Part shown: positions 52,056-64,000 of the stretch, one piece after another
Layout: every line of letters starts with the position of its first letter
Numbering within the stretch: position 1 is the first letter of the stretch
Source: Octopus vulgaris
Taxonomy: Eukaryota
NCBI GenBank assembly: GCA_951406725.2
Contig: OX597825.1
Coordinates: 57,102,001-57,166,000, forward strand
Reading direction: 5' to 3'
DNA length: 64,000 nucleotides
The notes under the pieces: model-generated
What the model was told of the DNA's origin: nothing
The model's input: only the letters and a program-made list of their open reading frames with translations
The model's database searches: none
Program-made: the position numbers and the translations under genes

Positions 52056-52599
52056 AATTTGTGTCTGTGTTTGCCCCACCCCAACTCCCACCATTGCTTG
52101 ACAACAGGTGTTGGTGTGTTTATGTTCCCGTAATTTAGCAGTTCAGCAAAAAAGACTGATAGAATAAGCACTAGGCTTACAAGGAATAAGTTCTGGAGGT
52201 AATCCGTTCAACTAAAACCCTTTAAGGCAGTGCTCCAGCATGGCTGCAATCAAATCACTGAAACATGTAAAAGAATAAAAGAATACATCCATCAAAACAG
52301 TGCACCAGCATGGTCACAGTTTGCTGACTGAAAGAATTAAAAAGTAAAAAATTTGATATATACATACATATACATGTGACAGACTTCTTTCAGTCTGTGT
52401 TTCCTAAATCCACTTATGAGACTTTGGTTAGCCTGGGGCTGTAGTAGATGATACTTGCCCAAGGTGCCATGCAATGGGACTGAACCCAAAACCATATGGT
52501 TGAGAAAAAACTTCTCATCTTTATAACCATGTCTGCATCTACTGTGTAGCCTTAGTTCCTTGCCTATAGTTAGCTTGTACATCAAGCAGTAAGACATCT

Positions 52600-52970
52600 A
52601 CAATCATTCTGATTTTGAGTATAGTTACTTCAGATCTTCTTTGAAGGTGGCACACCATGTTTTCTTGAGTCTCCCTTTCTTCCTTCATCCTTCTATTGCT
52701 ACCCATAGTATAGCTGTTTGGGATATTCCTCTCTGTGTTTTAGCCCCTTGTGGGTAGTAAAGAAATAGGATATTCATTCTTCTGGCAGTTGGAAAATATG
52801 ACCTACAAGTTTCACTCTTCTTTCCTCTACAATCTCCTGCAGGCTGTGCTGATTGACTCTTCTCGTAACTCCAGAGATTGTGATTCTGTCCCTGGAAGTG
52901 ATCTTGGCAATCATTTTCCAAGTTTCTCTTGTGTACACTGCTGTTTGCAGGACAATACTCTGGTTCTTGT
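52600..52970 (-). mobile_element. Old RTE-like LINE 3' fragment interrupted by a SINE tail
   Basis: The minus strand reads ...AILWVAIEG*RRKGRLKKTWCATFKEDLK, resembling the RTE C-terminal R.RGRP..TW...D motif. Confidence 0.5.
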
Positions 52971-53166
52971 ATAGTTGCTAATCGAAGTGGTGCTTATGTC
53001 ATGAAAAACGTACCCAGTACACTCTGTGAGGTGGTTGAGATTAGGAACAGCATCCAGCCATAAAAGTCATGCCAAAGCGGACAGTAGAGCTTATGCAGTC
53101 ATCTGGCTTGCCAGCCCCTGTTGAACCATCCAGTCCATGCCAGCATAGAAAACATGTTAAACGCTG

Positions 53167-53212
<46 letters not shown>

Positions 53213-53213
<1 letters not shown>

Positions 53214-53575
53214 TAGCAGTATCGCTCAACGTTGCTCAAGTTTGTTTTGACCCTTTAGAATTGGAATTTTTGAAAAGTAAAAATTTTGCATTATGTAGCT
53301 TGTTATTCTCTTTAAGTGAACATTTTTCTGGTTGAAATTCACCGAAAAATAGTGACAGCAGTCAAAAATCATTAAAAAATAGGGATTTCCATAGAAAAAA
53401 AGCACCTTTTTGATGTAAATAATTTTTGGTGTTAACATGATCCGATTTGAATTTTTTCTTCTTCTATCATACTCTCAATTTTGTTCAACTTGCGCCACAG
53501 GGTCTCGGAGGAGATAATGTTAGTTGAAGGCTACCAAACCTGCCATACACAGACAACTTCAGCTTTATATATATA
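53213..53575 (-). mobile_element. Non-autonomous Helitron-like element
   Basis: The minus-strand 3' end is ttgagcaacgttgagcgatactgCTAG|t (decayed hairpin plus CTAG). The 5' end is tatataaagctgaagttgtctgtg. Lies in a TA tract. Confidence 0.6.
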
Positions 53576-53649
53576 CATACATACAATGCCAGCATAGAAA
53601 GCAGATGTTAAATGCTGCTGATATATATATGAGAGAGAGAGAGAGTGAT

Positions 53650-54308
53650 GCAAATAAAACTACTTGGGCTATATATGCAAAATAGGCATTCATATATACA
53701 TGCAAATAGAGAGAAAGCAAAGACTGAAAATATTCAGATGATGAATATTTATGTATAAATTAACAGAGCAAACTTACACAAAGACACAGAAAATTAAGGG
53801 GAGAAGGTATGGTGTTACAGGTCCGACATCTGCTTCTGGGGATCTCAGAATTACTTCATAATGTTGGTAGATGTTCACAAAAGGTCAAGGATATGCAACC
53901 AATAGGGGAAGGTTTCAGAGTGTAAGTTCAAATCATTTGTGCACTACTAAGTATTTTCTATATTGAGAATCTCTGAGTCTTATCAATTGACTCTCTCTCT
54001 TTTGCTCCCCTGATTTGTTCTGCTTTTTATATTTAATCCTACAGTCTCTTATGTGGTGGTTTAATAAAGTATGTGATTGAGTATTATCTGGTAATTGATA
54101 TTTGATTTAGATGTATTTCTCCATTTTCTTATCTTGTATTAATAATTTGTGGTAAATCATTTTACCTTTGCCCATATAATACAGTAAATGAATTGATTGC
54201 ATTGCAATCATTAACATTTATGTATTAACTTTGTTGGGTACTTCACTAGCAGTATATTGGATATACGTTATCCCATAGAGGGTTGCATTTACAACCCCTA
54301 TCTCAATT

Positions 54309-54310
<2 letters not shown>
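53650..54310 (-). mobile_element. Possible decayed Penelope-like element end (GIY-YIG-like remnant plus eroded hammerhead)
   Basis: Bounded by microsatellites. Minus-strand fragments LYYMGK and LNHHIRDC...RESQLI precede atgaag...gaagcagatgtcggacc (53862-53820), which resembles the 44328-44375 motif. Confidence 0.4.
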
Positions 54311-54349
<39 letters not shown>

Positions 54350-55305
54350 CTCTCTCTGTGCTCTCTCCTACTGATATAGCCATGTATCTCATTTACTGCA
54401 AGACTCATATTTCTGACTTGCCATTATGGAAAACAGAGATGAAATGATGATGATACATATATATATACATATATATATACAGTTCCATTGCGTGGCAACT
54501 TGAGCAAGTGTCTTCTACTATAGCTTTGGGCCAACCAAAGCCTTGTGAGTGGATTTAGTAGACAGAAATTGAAAGAAGCCTGTCATATATGTGTGTGTAT
54601 GTGTATCTTTGTGTCTGTGTTTGCGTTCTCCCCACTGCTTGACGACTGGCATTGGTGTGTTTACATCCCTGTAACTTAGCAGTTTGGCAAGAGTTTTAAA
54701 AAAAGTCCTGGGGTCAAATTGTTCAACTGAAACCCTTTAAGGTGGTGCTCCAGTATGATCACAGTCAAATGACTGAAACAAGTAAAAGATCAAAAATAAT
54801 ATGATGAACTTCACCAATGCCAACATCCTGTCTCCAAATCACAACAGGAATTGAAACCACTTCACTTAACAACCATGCTACTTACAAACCTAACACAAAG
54901 AGTACATGATGGCTTCAACAATAAAAAGAAAGCTCACCACACCACACCCTGTACCATTCTGCACTCCCAATGACACTTGCAAAAGTTTCCAATTCTATTC
55001 TTTGCTTTCCACTTTCCTTCCATGCAATTGTAAACAATAGTGTCATTTGATACAGGCTTCTGACCAGTTTCCAAATTCACTTATATCTAACATCAACAGT
55101 TACAAGGAAACTCCTATATCTCCATGAACTAGGTTCAAAGAGCACCAGATTTCCACTGATGCTTACATCTTTTCCTGATATGAAACTTCCCTTCTTGATA
55201 TTGGTGAAAGGTATGAGTTCCAGCTCACTTCATGACAAGTATCTTCAACTATACCTTTGAGTTCACCAATACCTTTTAGGTGGAATTGGTAAACAGAAAC
55301 TGTAT

Positions 55306-55522
55306 GGCGCGAGCTGGCAGCCAGGTGAAATGCTTAGCGTTATTTCATCTGCCATTACATTCTGAGTCCAAATTCCACCAAGGTCGACTTTGCCTTTCAT
55401 CCTTTTGAGGTTGATAAAATAAGTACCAGTTACGCACTGGGGTCGATGTAATCGACTTAATCCCTTTGTCTATCTTTGTTTGTCCCCTCTATGTTTAGCC
55501 CTTTGTGGGCAATAAAGAAATA
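55306..55522 (+). mobile_element. SINE with clear target-site duplication
   Basis: agaaactgtatgg at 55295-55307 and 55523-55535. Body aggtcgactttgcctttcatcc...aataaagaaata; the same family forms the dense cluster at 60490-62390. Confidence 0.8.
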
Positions 55523-57422
55523 AGAAACTGTATGGAGATCCTTCATGTATACTTGATTAGTTTGTTTATCATGTTAGCTTGAGTTAAACAAATATATTGT
55601 TGAGGCATTGTTTTACAGCTGGATGACCTTCCTGTCACTTACCCTTACCTGTTTTATCAAGTAATGGATCTCTTATTCCACATGCTTTCGAAGGTACAAA
55701 ATCAACAAATTGTTTACTCACAAGTGAAATGGCAACACTACCACATGTACATCAGTGATTTTTCAGAGGAGCACAAATATAAAGAAGCACACAGACATAT
55801 ACACACGCACAGATATATGAAAAGAAGTAAGGTTTGATCTCAGAATGCTGGATTTCATGAAAGACTGCAACAAATTGATATATTGTCCAATGTACCCTTC
55901 TTTATTAAGGGAGACCAGATACTAAGATATGAGGCGTGATGATGGACATCACCATTGTCCATCACTGAGGAGATCAAAGAAGGTTGAAATCACGTGTTCT
56001 TGGTGCTGGAAATGGCAGGGATTTATCTCCCCTTGCTAGAGATATAAACGAGTGCATTGTGCACTATAAAGCCAATATGAGAACTTCTTTCATGGTATCT
56101 ACTGCAGTATTGTTTGTTCTAACGGAACATCTATGTTTAAGTGGGGATAAATATTACCTCTTTTTATTTAAGATGGTAGTGAGTAACTGGAAGGATGTTT
56201 GATTGCTATTTCTTGCAAGTCAAACTACAACATAGTGTGGCTCACCAGTTCACTCATATTTCATAGTTGAATGGCTAGCAGCAGGAATGGTCTCTATCCA
56301 GATGTAAAATACCTTGCTCTAATAAATATACTGTTCCATTATTATAAACATTGAACTATTGTTGTAAAGCTAAAAACAAATACAGAAAACCTATTTTTCT
56401 AACTTTACAACAGTAAATGAGTTGGACTTTTCACTGAAAAAAAATGTTATATTTTTTATGGCTTCATCAAGGGAGTTATAGGCATGGAAGTAAAGAAGAA
56501 AATTACCCTTAAACAGGAATTCTAGCCAAAATGTTTATAACATGGGCCAAGTGGTAGTGTTTGTGTTTAGCACCCAAGAAAAGGAAGAATTCCTTTGATA
56601 GACTCCCATACAGTTGCCATCTGTAGTAGGAGGTGCTTGAGATGCTGTACAATGGGATTGAACTTCAAACTGTGTGATTATGAAATGCACAGTTAATAGG
56701 TTGTTGCTAGTTTTTATAGCTAGACTATATAATTATGACTGGAGGTGTGTTTCATTAGTGAAGGTGCATAGCTTAGTGGTTAGGGCATTCGGCTCATGAT
56801 CATAAGGTTGTGAGTTTGATTCCCAGTGGTGCGTCATGTCTCTGAGCAAGACCCTTCACTTCATGTTTTTCCAGTTCATTCAGCTGGCAAAAATGAGTAG
56901 TACTTGTATATCAAAGGGCCAGCCTTGTCACATTTTGTGTTATACTGAATCTCCCAGAGAACTATATTAAGGGTACACATGTCTGTGGGGTGCTCAGTCA
57001 CTTGCACATTAATTTCATGAGCAGACTGTTCCATTGATTGGATCAACTGGAACCCTCGTCATCATAACCGAGTGTTATGAGTGTCAGTTATGATCCATCA
57101 TCAGTTATGAGTGTCAGTTATGATCCATCATCACCATTTTTAATGTTTACTTCTCCAAATATGTCATCATCATCATCATCATCATCATTTTGCTATTCAC
57201 TTACATGGATCAGATGGACTTCCTTGAAGCAGATTTTCTGCAGTCAGATGCTCTTCCTGTTGACAACCTTCACCTGTTTGCAAACAAGGCAATATTTCCC
57301 CATGGCTTGATATGTTTTCACAGAAGACTGAATATGGAGGATACTGCTTGTTTGATGGTAGCACTCAATTACAACTATTTGCATGATGTCAAGAGAGGCA
57401 CAAGCACCATGCGCTATACTTT

Positions 57423-57454
<32 letters not shown>

Positions 57455-59269
57455 TCCCTCCCTCCCTCCCTCTCTCTCTCTCTCTCTCCAGCCCAAAGCT
57501 GCTCTTTTATCTCTCTCTGTCAATAGTATCATTGTTATCCTTTACATACTCATGTTTCATAACTCACTGTATTTCCCACTTTCCCTCCCCTTTTCCCTTT
57601 TTGCACCTTCTTGGACTCCCTACTCATGCACCCTGAGTAATCTTCTACCTTTCCATTTATATTCACATCTTTGTACCCTGTGAAGGCATGTGGCCTAGTG
57701 ATTAGAGTGTTGTACTCATGGTCACCAGATCATGGGTTCAATTCCTGGACCAGGTGGCATGTTGTGTTCTTGATCAAAACCCTTCATTTCACATTGCTCT
57801 AATACTGTGTAAGGACCAGCATGTTAAAGAATAGACCCAACATTTTCTTTGCTTGTCATAGAAGGCAGCTAAGAGCGGCTGAGGTAGAATTTGCACTCTA
57901 ACCTCATAAACCCCACCACCAGCAACAACTACACAAACAGACCCATGGGTTGTGGGGTTGTCCCCTGAGTGGTGCAAAGGTGTCATCCACCAGGAGTAGG
58001 GAATGATTAACAAATGGTAGTTGCAATGACATACTGTTTGCAGCACATTCCCCCACACTACTACTACTTGTACCTTGAAAGTATGTCCTGGCACATCGCC
58101 ACCATTTCCCTAACTCTCTCTTACTCTTGCTCTCTCTCTCTCTCTCTCCCTCTCTCTGACTGGGATAATCATGCATCTTCTCAAATGCAAGCCGCCTGTT
58201 TCTGCTCCTCTATCATAGTTTAACCTTTCATCACCTGGCACTAAGCCACTTCCTTCAGTGCCACTCCCACCCCTTAGTCTAGGGATCTTTGTCTTTCAAG
58301 TTATGTGGTGACTTCACTAGTACCTGCACCATGTAAAAAGCACCCAGTCCACTCTGTAAAGTGGTTGGCATTAGGAAAGGCATCCAACCATAAAACCATG
58401 CTAAAGCAGACCTCACCAGTGCTGGTGTCACATAAAAAGTTCCCACTCTATTCTATAATGTAGTTGGTATTAGGAAGGGTATCCAGCTGTAAAAACCTTG
58501 CCAAAACAGATGGTGGAGTTTGGCACAGTCCTAGGTATTTCAGCTCCTGTCAAACAATCCAACTCATGCCAGTATGGAAGATAGATGTTAAATGATGATG
58601 ATCACACACACACAGATGTGGATGTATGCATGTGTGTGGTTCTGGACGCTAATAGAAGAAATTTGATCAATGTGCTACACTATGAGACGGAATCCAAAAC
58701 TATGTGGTTTAGAACTGAAATTTTTAATAAGAGTCATTCCTAAGCTTATACATTGTTCACAAACTTCAGTATTAGGTGAATTCACCATCGTTTTAACATC
58801 CACTTTTCCATACTTGCATGGATGGAATTTATTGAAACAGATTTTCTACAGACAGATGCCCTTCCTGTTGCCAAGCTGCAACTGTTTCTAAGCAAGGCAA
58901 TATTTCACCATGACCGGACATGTTTCTGTAGAATAGCAGAAATGAATAACATTGCTTGCATGACAGTGGCACTCATTTACAACCATCATACAATTTTAAA
59001 ACAAGGACACACACACACAAGATTCAGTCCCACTGTCTGTCACCATGGGTACGCATCTTCTACTATAACCATTGTCCAACCAAAGCTTCATTAGTGGAGC
59101 AAATATCATGGTGTCCTTTGTTTCCAATCTCTCGTAAAAATGTCTGGTCATAGGGAATATTACCTTAGAAACAGGCAAAGGTTAGCAACAGGAAAGGCAT
59201 CCAGCTGTAAAAAAAAGTGCCTCGACAAATTCCGTCTGACCAATTTAAGCATGGAAAAGTGAATGTTAA

Positions 59270-59485
59270 CCCTTTAGATGCCAACCCACCTGAGGCTGCT
59301 TGGTTTCTGTGGCACAAACTTACATTTTAAAGTGGTCTTAATTATAATTTTTTATTAAAATTTTATGGTAATTTGTTCCAGACCCAAGCTTAATAATTTT
59401 AAAGGTATTTTATTAAATTCTTCATTATTTTAAAAATTGATTGAAACAGGCAGCATATGTTGACAGAAATATGGTAACAGAAGGG
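59270..59485. mobile_element. piggyBac-type MITE
   Basis: TTAA|ccct...aggg|TTAA, inserted at the gttaa site of a SINE tail. Confidence 0.75.
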
Positions 59486-60534
59486 TTAAACAATGATGAT
59501 GATGGTTCTTTCAGTTTCCTTTTACCAAATCCACTTAAGCTTTGGTTGGCCTGAAACTATAGTAGAAGACATTTGTCCATGGTGCCATGCAGTGGGACTG
59601 AACCTGTAACCATGTGGTTGGAAAGCAAGCTTCTTATACACAACCACACCTTATATAAAACTCATCTATGTGGGACATTTTATGTGTTATGGTGTATGTT
59701 TATAAGTGCAAAACCTATTAAGTAATATTGTAATTGAGTTTTTCCTGTATTGAGATACATAAATAATTCATTGTTTCACTACAGCTTTAAATACACAAAA
59801 ACAAAAGTAAACAAGGGGTAAAAAAATAAAAAATGATAAATCTATTTACTACTCTCTCACCCCGACCCTTTTTCTCTTGTCTATTAGTTTCCTGTCAACT
59901 TACAGTTTGGTGCTTGACAAACAACTATCTGGTATTTAAGGAAATTCTTTCATCTCTATAAACAGCCCCCATAACAGTAGTTCTTAAGTAGTAATATCAA
60001 GGATGTATTTTAACTCCACCCATATATATATATTTCTTTTTTTGATTAATCTGTTTCATTGCTCCTTGACCAATTGCATTCATAGATTGTTGAGCTTTTG
60101 ACTTTCATTTTTACTTAGCCCCGCCTACCATTAAGTAATTTTGGAAATTATTCCCTCTGTGTGTGTGTGTGAGTATGTTCATTGCTCCTAGGAATTGTTA
60201 ATAAGAACTATATCATTTACCGTTTCTCTTTTAAAACCATCCTAGAAATGTAGCTATATTAACATTACAATAATTATTAGCAGGACCCGTAGAAATTCCA
60301 CATTATGTAAGCGTTGTTATTGCTATTTTGCTGTATAAATTTATAAACCTTCATAACACTGATTCCTTATGTTAGTTATATTTAAATATGTCTTTGGTTT
60401 TCTTCCATAGTTTTAAATTCATTAAAAGTATAGCACTCAAACACACATGACAAACTGAAGATTTTTTTTATTATCATTATCATCATTACTGTGGCAAGCT
60501 GGAAGAATCATTAGTATGCTGGGCGAAATGCTTA

Positions 60535-60945
60535 CTCTCTCTCTTTTACTCTTTTACTTGTTTCAGTCATTTGACTGCGGCCATGTTGGAGCACCACCTT
60601 TAGTCAAGGAAATCGACCCCAGGACTTATTCTTTGTAAGTCTAGTACTTATTCTATTGGTCTCTTTTGCTGAACCGCTAAGTTACGGGGATGTAAACACA
60701 CCAGCATTGGTTGTCAAGCGATGTTGGGGAGACAAACACAGACACACAAACACACACACACACACACACACATATACATATATACAACGGGCTTCTTTCA
60801 GTTTCCGTCTACCAAATCCACTCACAAGGCTTTGGTCAGCCCGAGGCTATAGTACAAGGCACTTGCCCAAGGTGCCACGCAGTGGGACTGAACCCAGAAC
60901 CATGTGGTTGGTAAGCAAGCTAATTACCACACAGCCACTCCTGCA
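60535..60945 (-). mobile_element. Near-complete tRNA-headed SINE
   Basis: Nearly identical to 25937-26325. Confidence 0.85.
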
Positions 60946-61513
60946 CCTCGAAATGTATATTCTATTCTAGGCACAAGGCCCAGAATTTTTGGGGAGGGGC
61001 CAGTCGATTAGATCGACCATGAAAGGATGAAAGGCAAAGTTGAACTCAACATAAAGACAGACGAAATACCGCTTAGCATTTCGCCCGGTGTGCTGTTTCT
61101 GCCAGCTCACCGCCTTAGTGGCATTTTATCTGCCTTTACATTCTAAGTTCAAATTCCATTAAGGCTGACTTTGCCTTTCACCCTTTCAGGGTTGATAAAA
61201 TATGTACCAGTTATGTGCTGGAGTTGATGTAATCAACTTACCCATTCCCCCAACTTGTTGGCCTTGTAACAAAATTTGAAATCATTATCATCATCATAGC
61301 AGTGAGCTGGCAGAACTGTTTTAGTGTCATATGAAATACAGGTCTGGTGGTATTTCTTCTGACTTGTTATGTTAAGAGTTCAAATTTCACTAGAGCCAAC
61401 TGCCTTTCATCATTTCAACTTCAATGAAATAAGTACCTGCTGAATACTAGAGTCAATACAATCAATTAGATCCCACTCCCCCAAATTTCAGGCTTTTGCC
61501 TACAGTAGAAAGG

Positions 61514-61551
<38 letters not shown>

Positions 61552-63629
61552 GTTGGACAAAATATTTGGTAAGCATTTTGTCCAACTTTACATTGTGAGT
61601 TCAAATTTGATGGAAGTCAACTTTGCCTTTCTTTGTTTCAGGGTCAATGGAATAAGTACTAGAGTTGGGCACTGGGTTGATGTAATTGACTGACCTTTTC
61701 CTCTAGAATTCAGGCCTTGTGCCTATAGTAGAAAAGGTTATTATCATTACTGAGATGGTGAGCTGGCCGTATTGTCAACATGCTGGACATTGTGCTTTAG
61801 TGGCATTTTGTTTGTCTTTATGTCCCAAGTTTTGATTCTCCCGAGTTTGAATTTGTCTTTCATCCTTCCCAAGTTGATGAAATAAGTACCAGTTGATCAC
61901 TGAGGTCAATGTAATTGACTCGCCCCCTCTCTCAAAATTTCAGGCCTTCTTCCCATTTTAGAAAGAATTAACTTTGATTTCAAATTTTGGTGCAAGGCCA
62001 GCAATTTCAGGAGGGGAGTAAGTCAAATATATTGACCCCAGTATTTGACAAGTACAAAAGGCAAAGTTGACCCCAGTGGCATTTGTGTTCAGAGCATGAA
62101 GCCAGAAGAAATGCAGCTAAGCATTTTGCTCAGAATGGTTAATGGCTCTACGAGCTTGTCACCTTAGAATTAATATTAGCAAGGTTAGTGAGCTGGCAAA
62201 AGTGTTTGCTTGTCAGAGAAAATACTTACTGGTATTTCTCCCAACTCATTATGTTCTGAGTTCAAATTCTGCTGTGGTCATTTTTACCTTTCAACTTTCT
62301 AGGATCAATAAAATAAAGTAGTAAAGTATTGGTATTGACTACTCCTCTTCCTTCTCAAATCAGCTGGCGTTGTGCTTAAATTAGAAACAATTATCTCTTT
62401 GTTGATGATAAGTTAAGGTGCCATATTTAACACTAGAGCCATTAATGTTTGGATCCACTGTGTGGCACCTTAGGCAAGTTTATTCTACTATAGCCATGGG
62501 CCGACCAAAGCCTTGTGAGTGGAATTGGTAAACAGAAACTGAAAGACGCCTGTTGTACATATATATATATATATGAGTGTATATATTTATGTATGTGTGT
62601 CTGTGTTTGTCCCCCATCATCATTTGACAACTGATGTTGGTATGTTTATGTTTCCATAACTTAGTGGTTCGGCAAAAGAAACTGATAGAATAAGTACTAG
62701 GCTTACAAAGAATAAGTCCTGGAGTTGATTTGTTTGACTAAAATCCTTTAATGGCTGCAGTCAAATGACTGAAACGAGTAAAAGAATAAAAGAATATGTT
62801 TATAATTGCTTAGTAGAGAGATTAAAGTACAAGACTGCTAGGTTCCAGTCATTAGTAGAAAATTGTAATCTGATTTAAACTCATATTCCCATAAGTACTG
62901 TAACCTAACACTTTAAAACCTCCTCACAGCCTGTTTGATTATAATAATATCTGAAACAATCTTTGTTTTTTTCTTTCTTTTTTTTTATTGCAGTAAGAAA
63001 ATGCCATGACAACAGAGACTATAAAAATCATCCTAGATCAATCTTAGACTAACAGATGGCATCAGTATAGAATGTAAGTTAGGTTTCTTCATTATATAAA
63101 TTATCAATCAATGGGGTCACATTGGTGAAATGGTGTTCATCTCAGGAACTGACTTTGATAATTTTATTCTATATCAATGTAGATATGGGCATGATTGGAT
63201 AGGTAAGAAGTTTGCTTTCCGACTTCATGGTTTCAGGATCAGTCCCACTGCATGAAACCTTGGGCAAGTGTCTTCCACTATAGCCCTGAGCTGACCAAAG
63301 CTCTGTATGTGTGCATGTATGGTGGATGAGTGTGTGTGTGTATGTTTGTCTCTGCCCGTCTTGATATTGCATGATAATTATTAATGCATGTCACTAGCAT
63401 ATTAGCAGTGTTATTCATTTCCAACATGCTACAAAAACATGTCTTTATTTGGAATTAGGTGAGAATTGGCAACATGAAGGGCATCTGGTCATAGAAATGG
63501 AGTTTATTTTACAATAAACTCCATTCAGCCCATTCTAGCACTGAAAAAGAGATGTTAAAATGAGGATGATGATGATGATGAGTAAGGACCACAGACTGTA
63601 AGGGACACGGAACTTGTAACAACATTAGC

Positions 63630-63812
63630 CCTTGTGCCGGTGACACGTAAAAGCACCCACTACACTCTTGGAGTGGTTGGCGTTAGGATGGGCATCCAGC
63701 TGTAGAAACTCTGCCAGATCAGATTGGTGCCTGGCGCAGCCATCTGGTTCACCAGTCCTCTGTCAAATCGTCCAATCCATGCTAACATGGAAAGCGGACG
63801 TTAAATGATGAT
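63630..63812 (+). mobile_element. RTE-tailed SINE copy
   Basis: ggagtggttggcgttaggatgggcatccagctgtagaaac...atggaaagcggacgttaaatgatgatg. Confidence 0.75.
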
Positions 63813-64000
63813 GGGGCAGTGTTTTGGACTATGGAATGATTGGTGATAGGGAAGATATCTAGTATAAACCATGACAAAAGTATGTCTTCTGTAAAAACAA
63901 ATGATTGATATTTTAGTTTGGTATTGCCTGTCTCAAATGAGGAAGAACCAGGACGAACATGTGACTTGATTCTAAGCTGGAACAGACCCAACAACCCATG

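Overview
AT-rich, repeat-dense eukaryotic DNA. The SINE/LINE families and microsatellites suggest a coleoid cephalopod, most likely Octopus (inferred). Two host genes are supported. (1) A spliced minus-strand zinc-finger gene, rebuilt here from 8 phase-consistent exons (25619 to 7042, 4254 nt, at least 1417 aa; first exon not found). It carries repeated TRMT1L-like Cys/His modules, a KH-like segment, two AT-hooks, 12 C2H2/C2HC fingers and a C-terminal octapeptide repeat. (2) A single-exon COX16 CDS (48384-48704, +). The rest is mostly mobile DNA: two DD37D (maT) and one DD36E Tc1/mariner relics, RTE and CR1-type LINEs, an ORF1-only retroposon, several SINE families, hAT/piggyBac MITEs and a Helitron-like element. 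The standout signal is absent from the ORF track: a cluster of type I hammerhead ribozymes at 44.3-46.1 kb. A non-coding ~562-bp unit sits inside a (TA)n tract as a partial tandem dimer plus an ~895-bp fold-back palindrome, with one hammerhead per copy. Only the middle copy keeps the intact CUGACGA core. A second, different hammerhead element lies directly next to it. The arrangement fits a Penelope-like pseudo-LTR or retrozyme system that could yield ~561-nt self-cleaved or circular RNA and long dsRNA.
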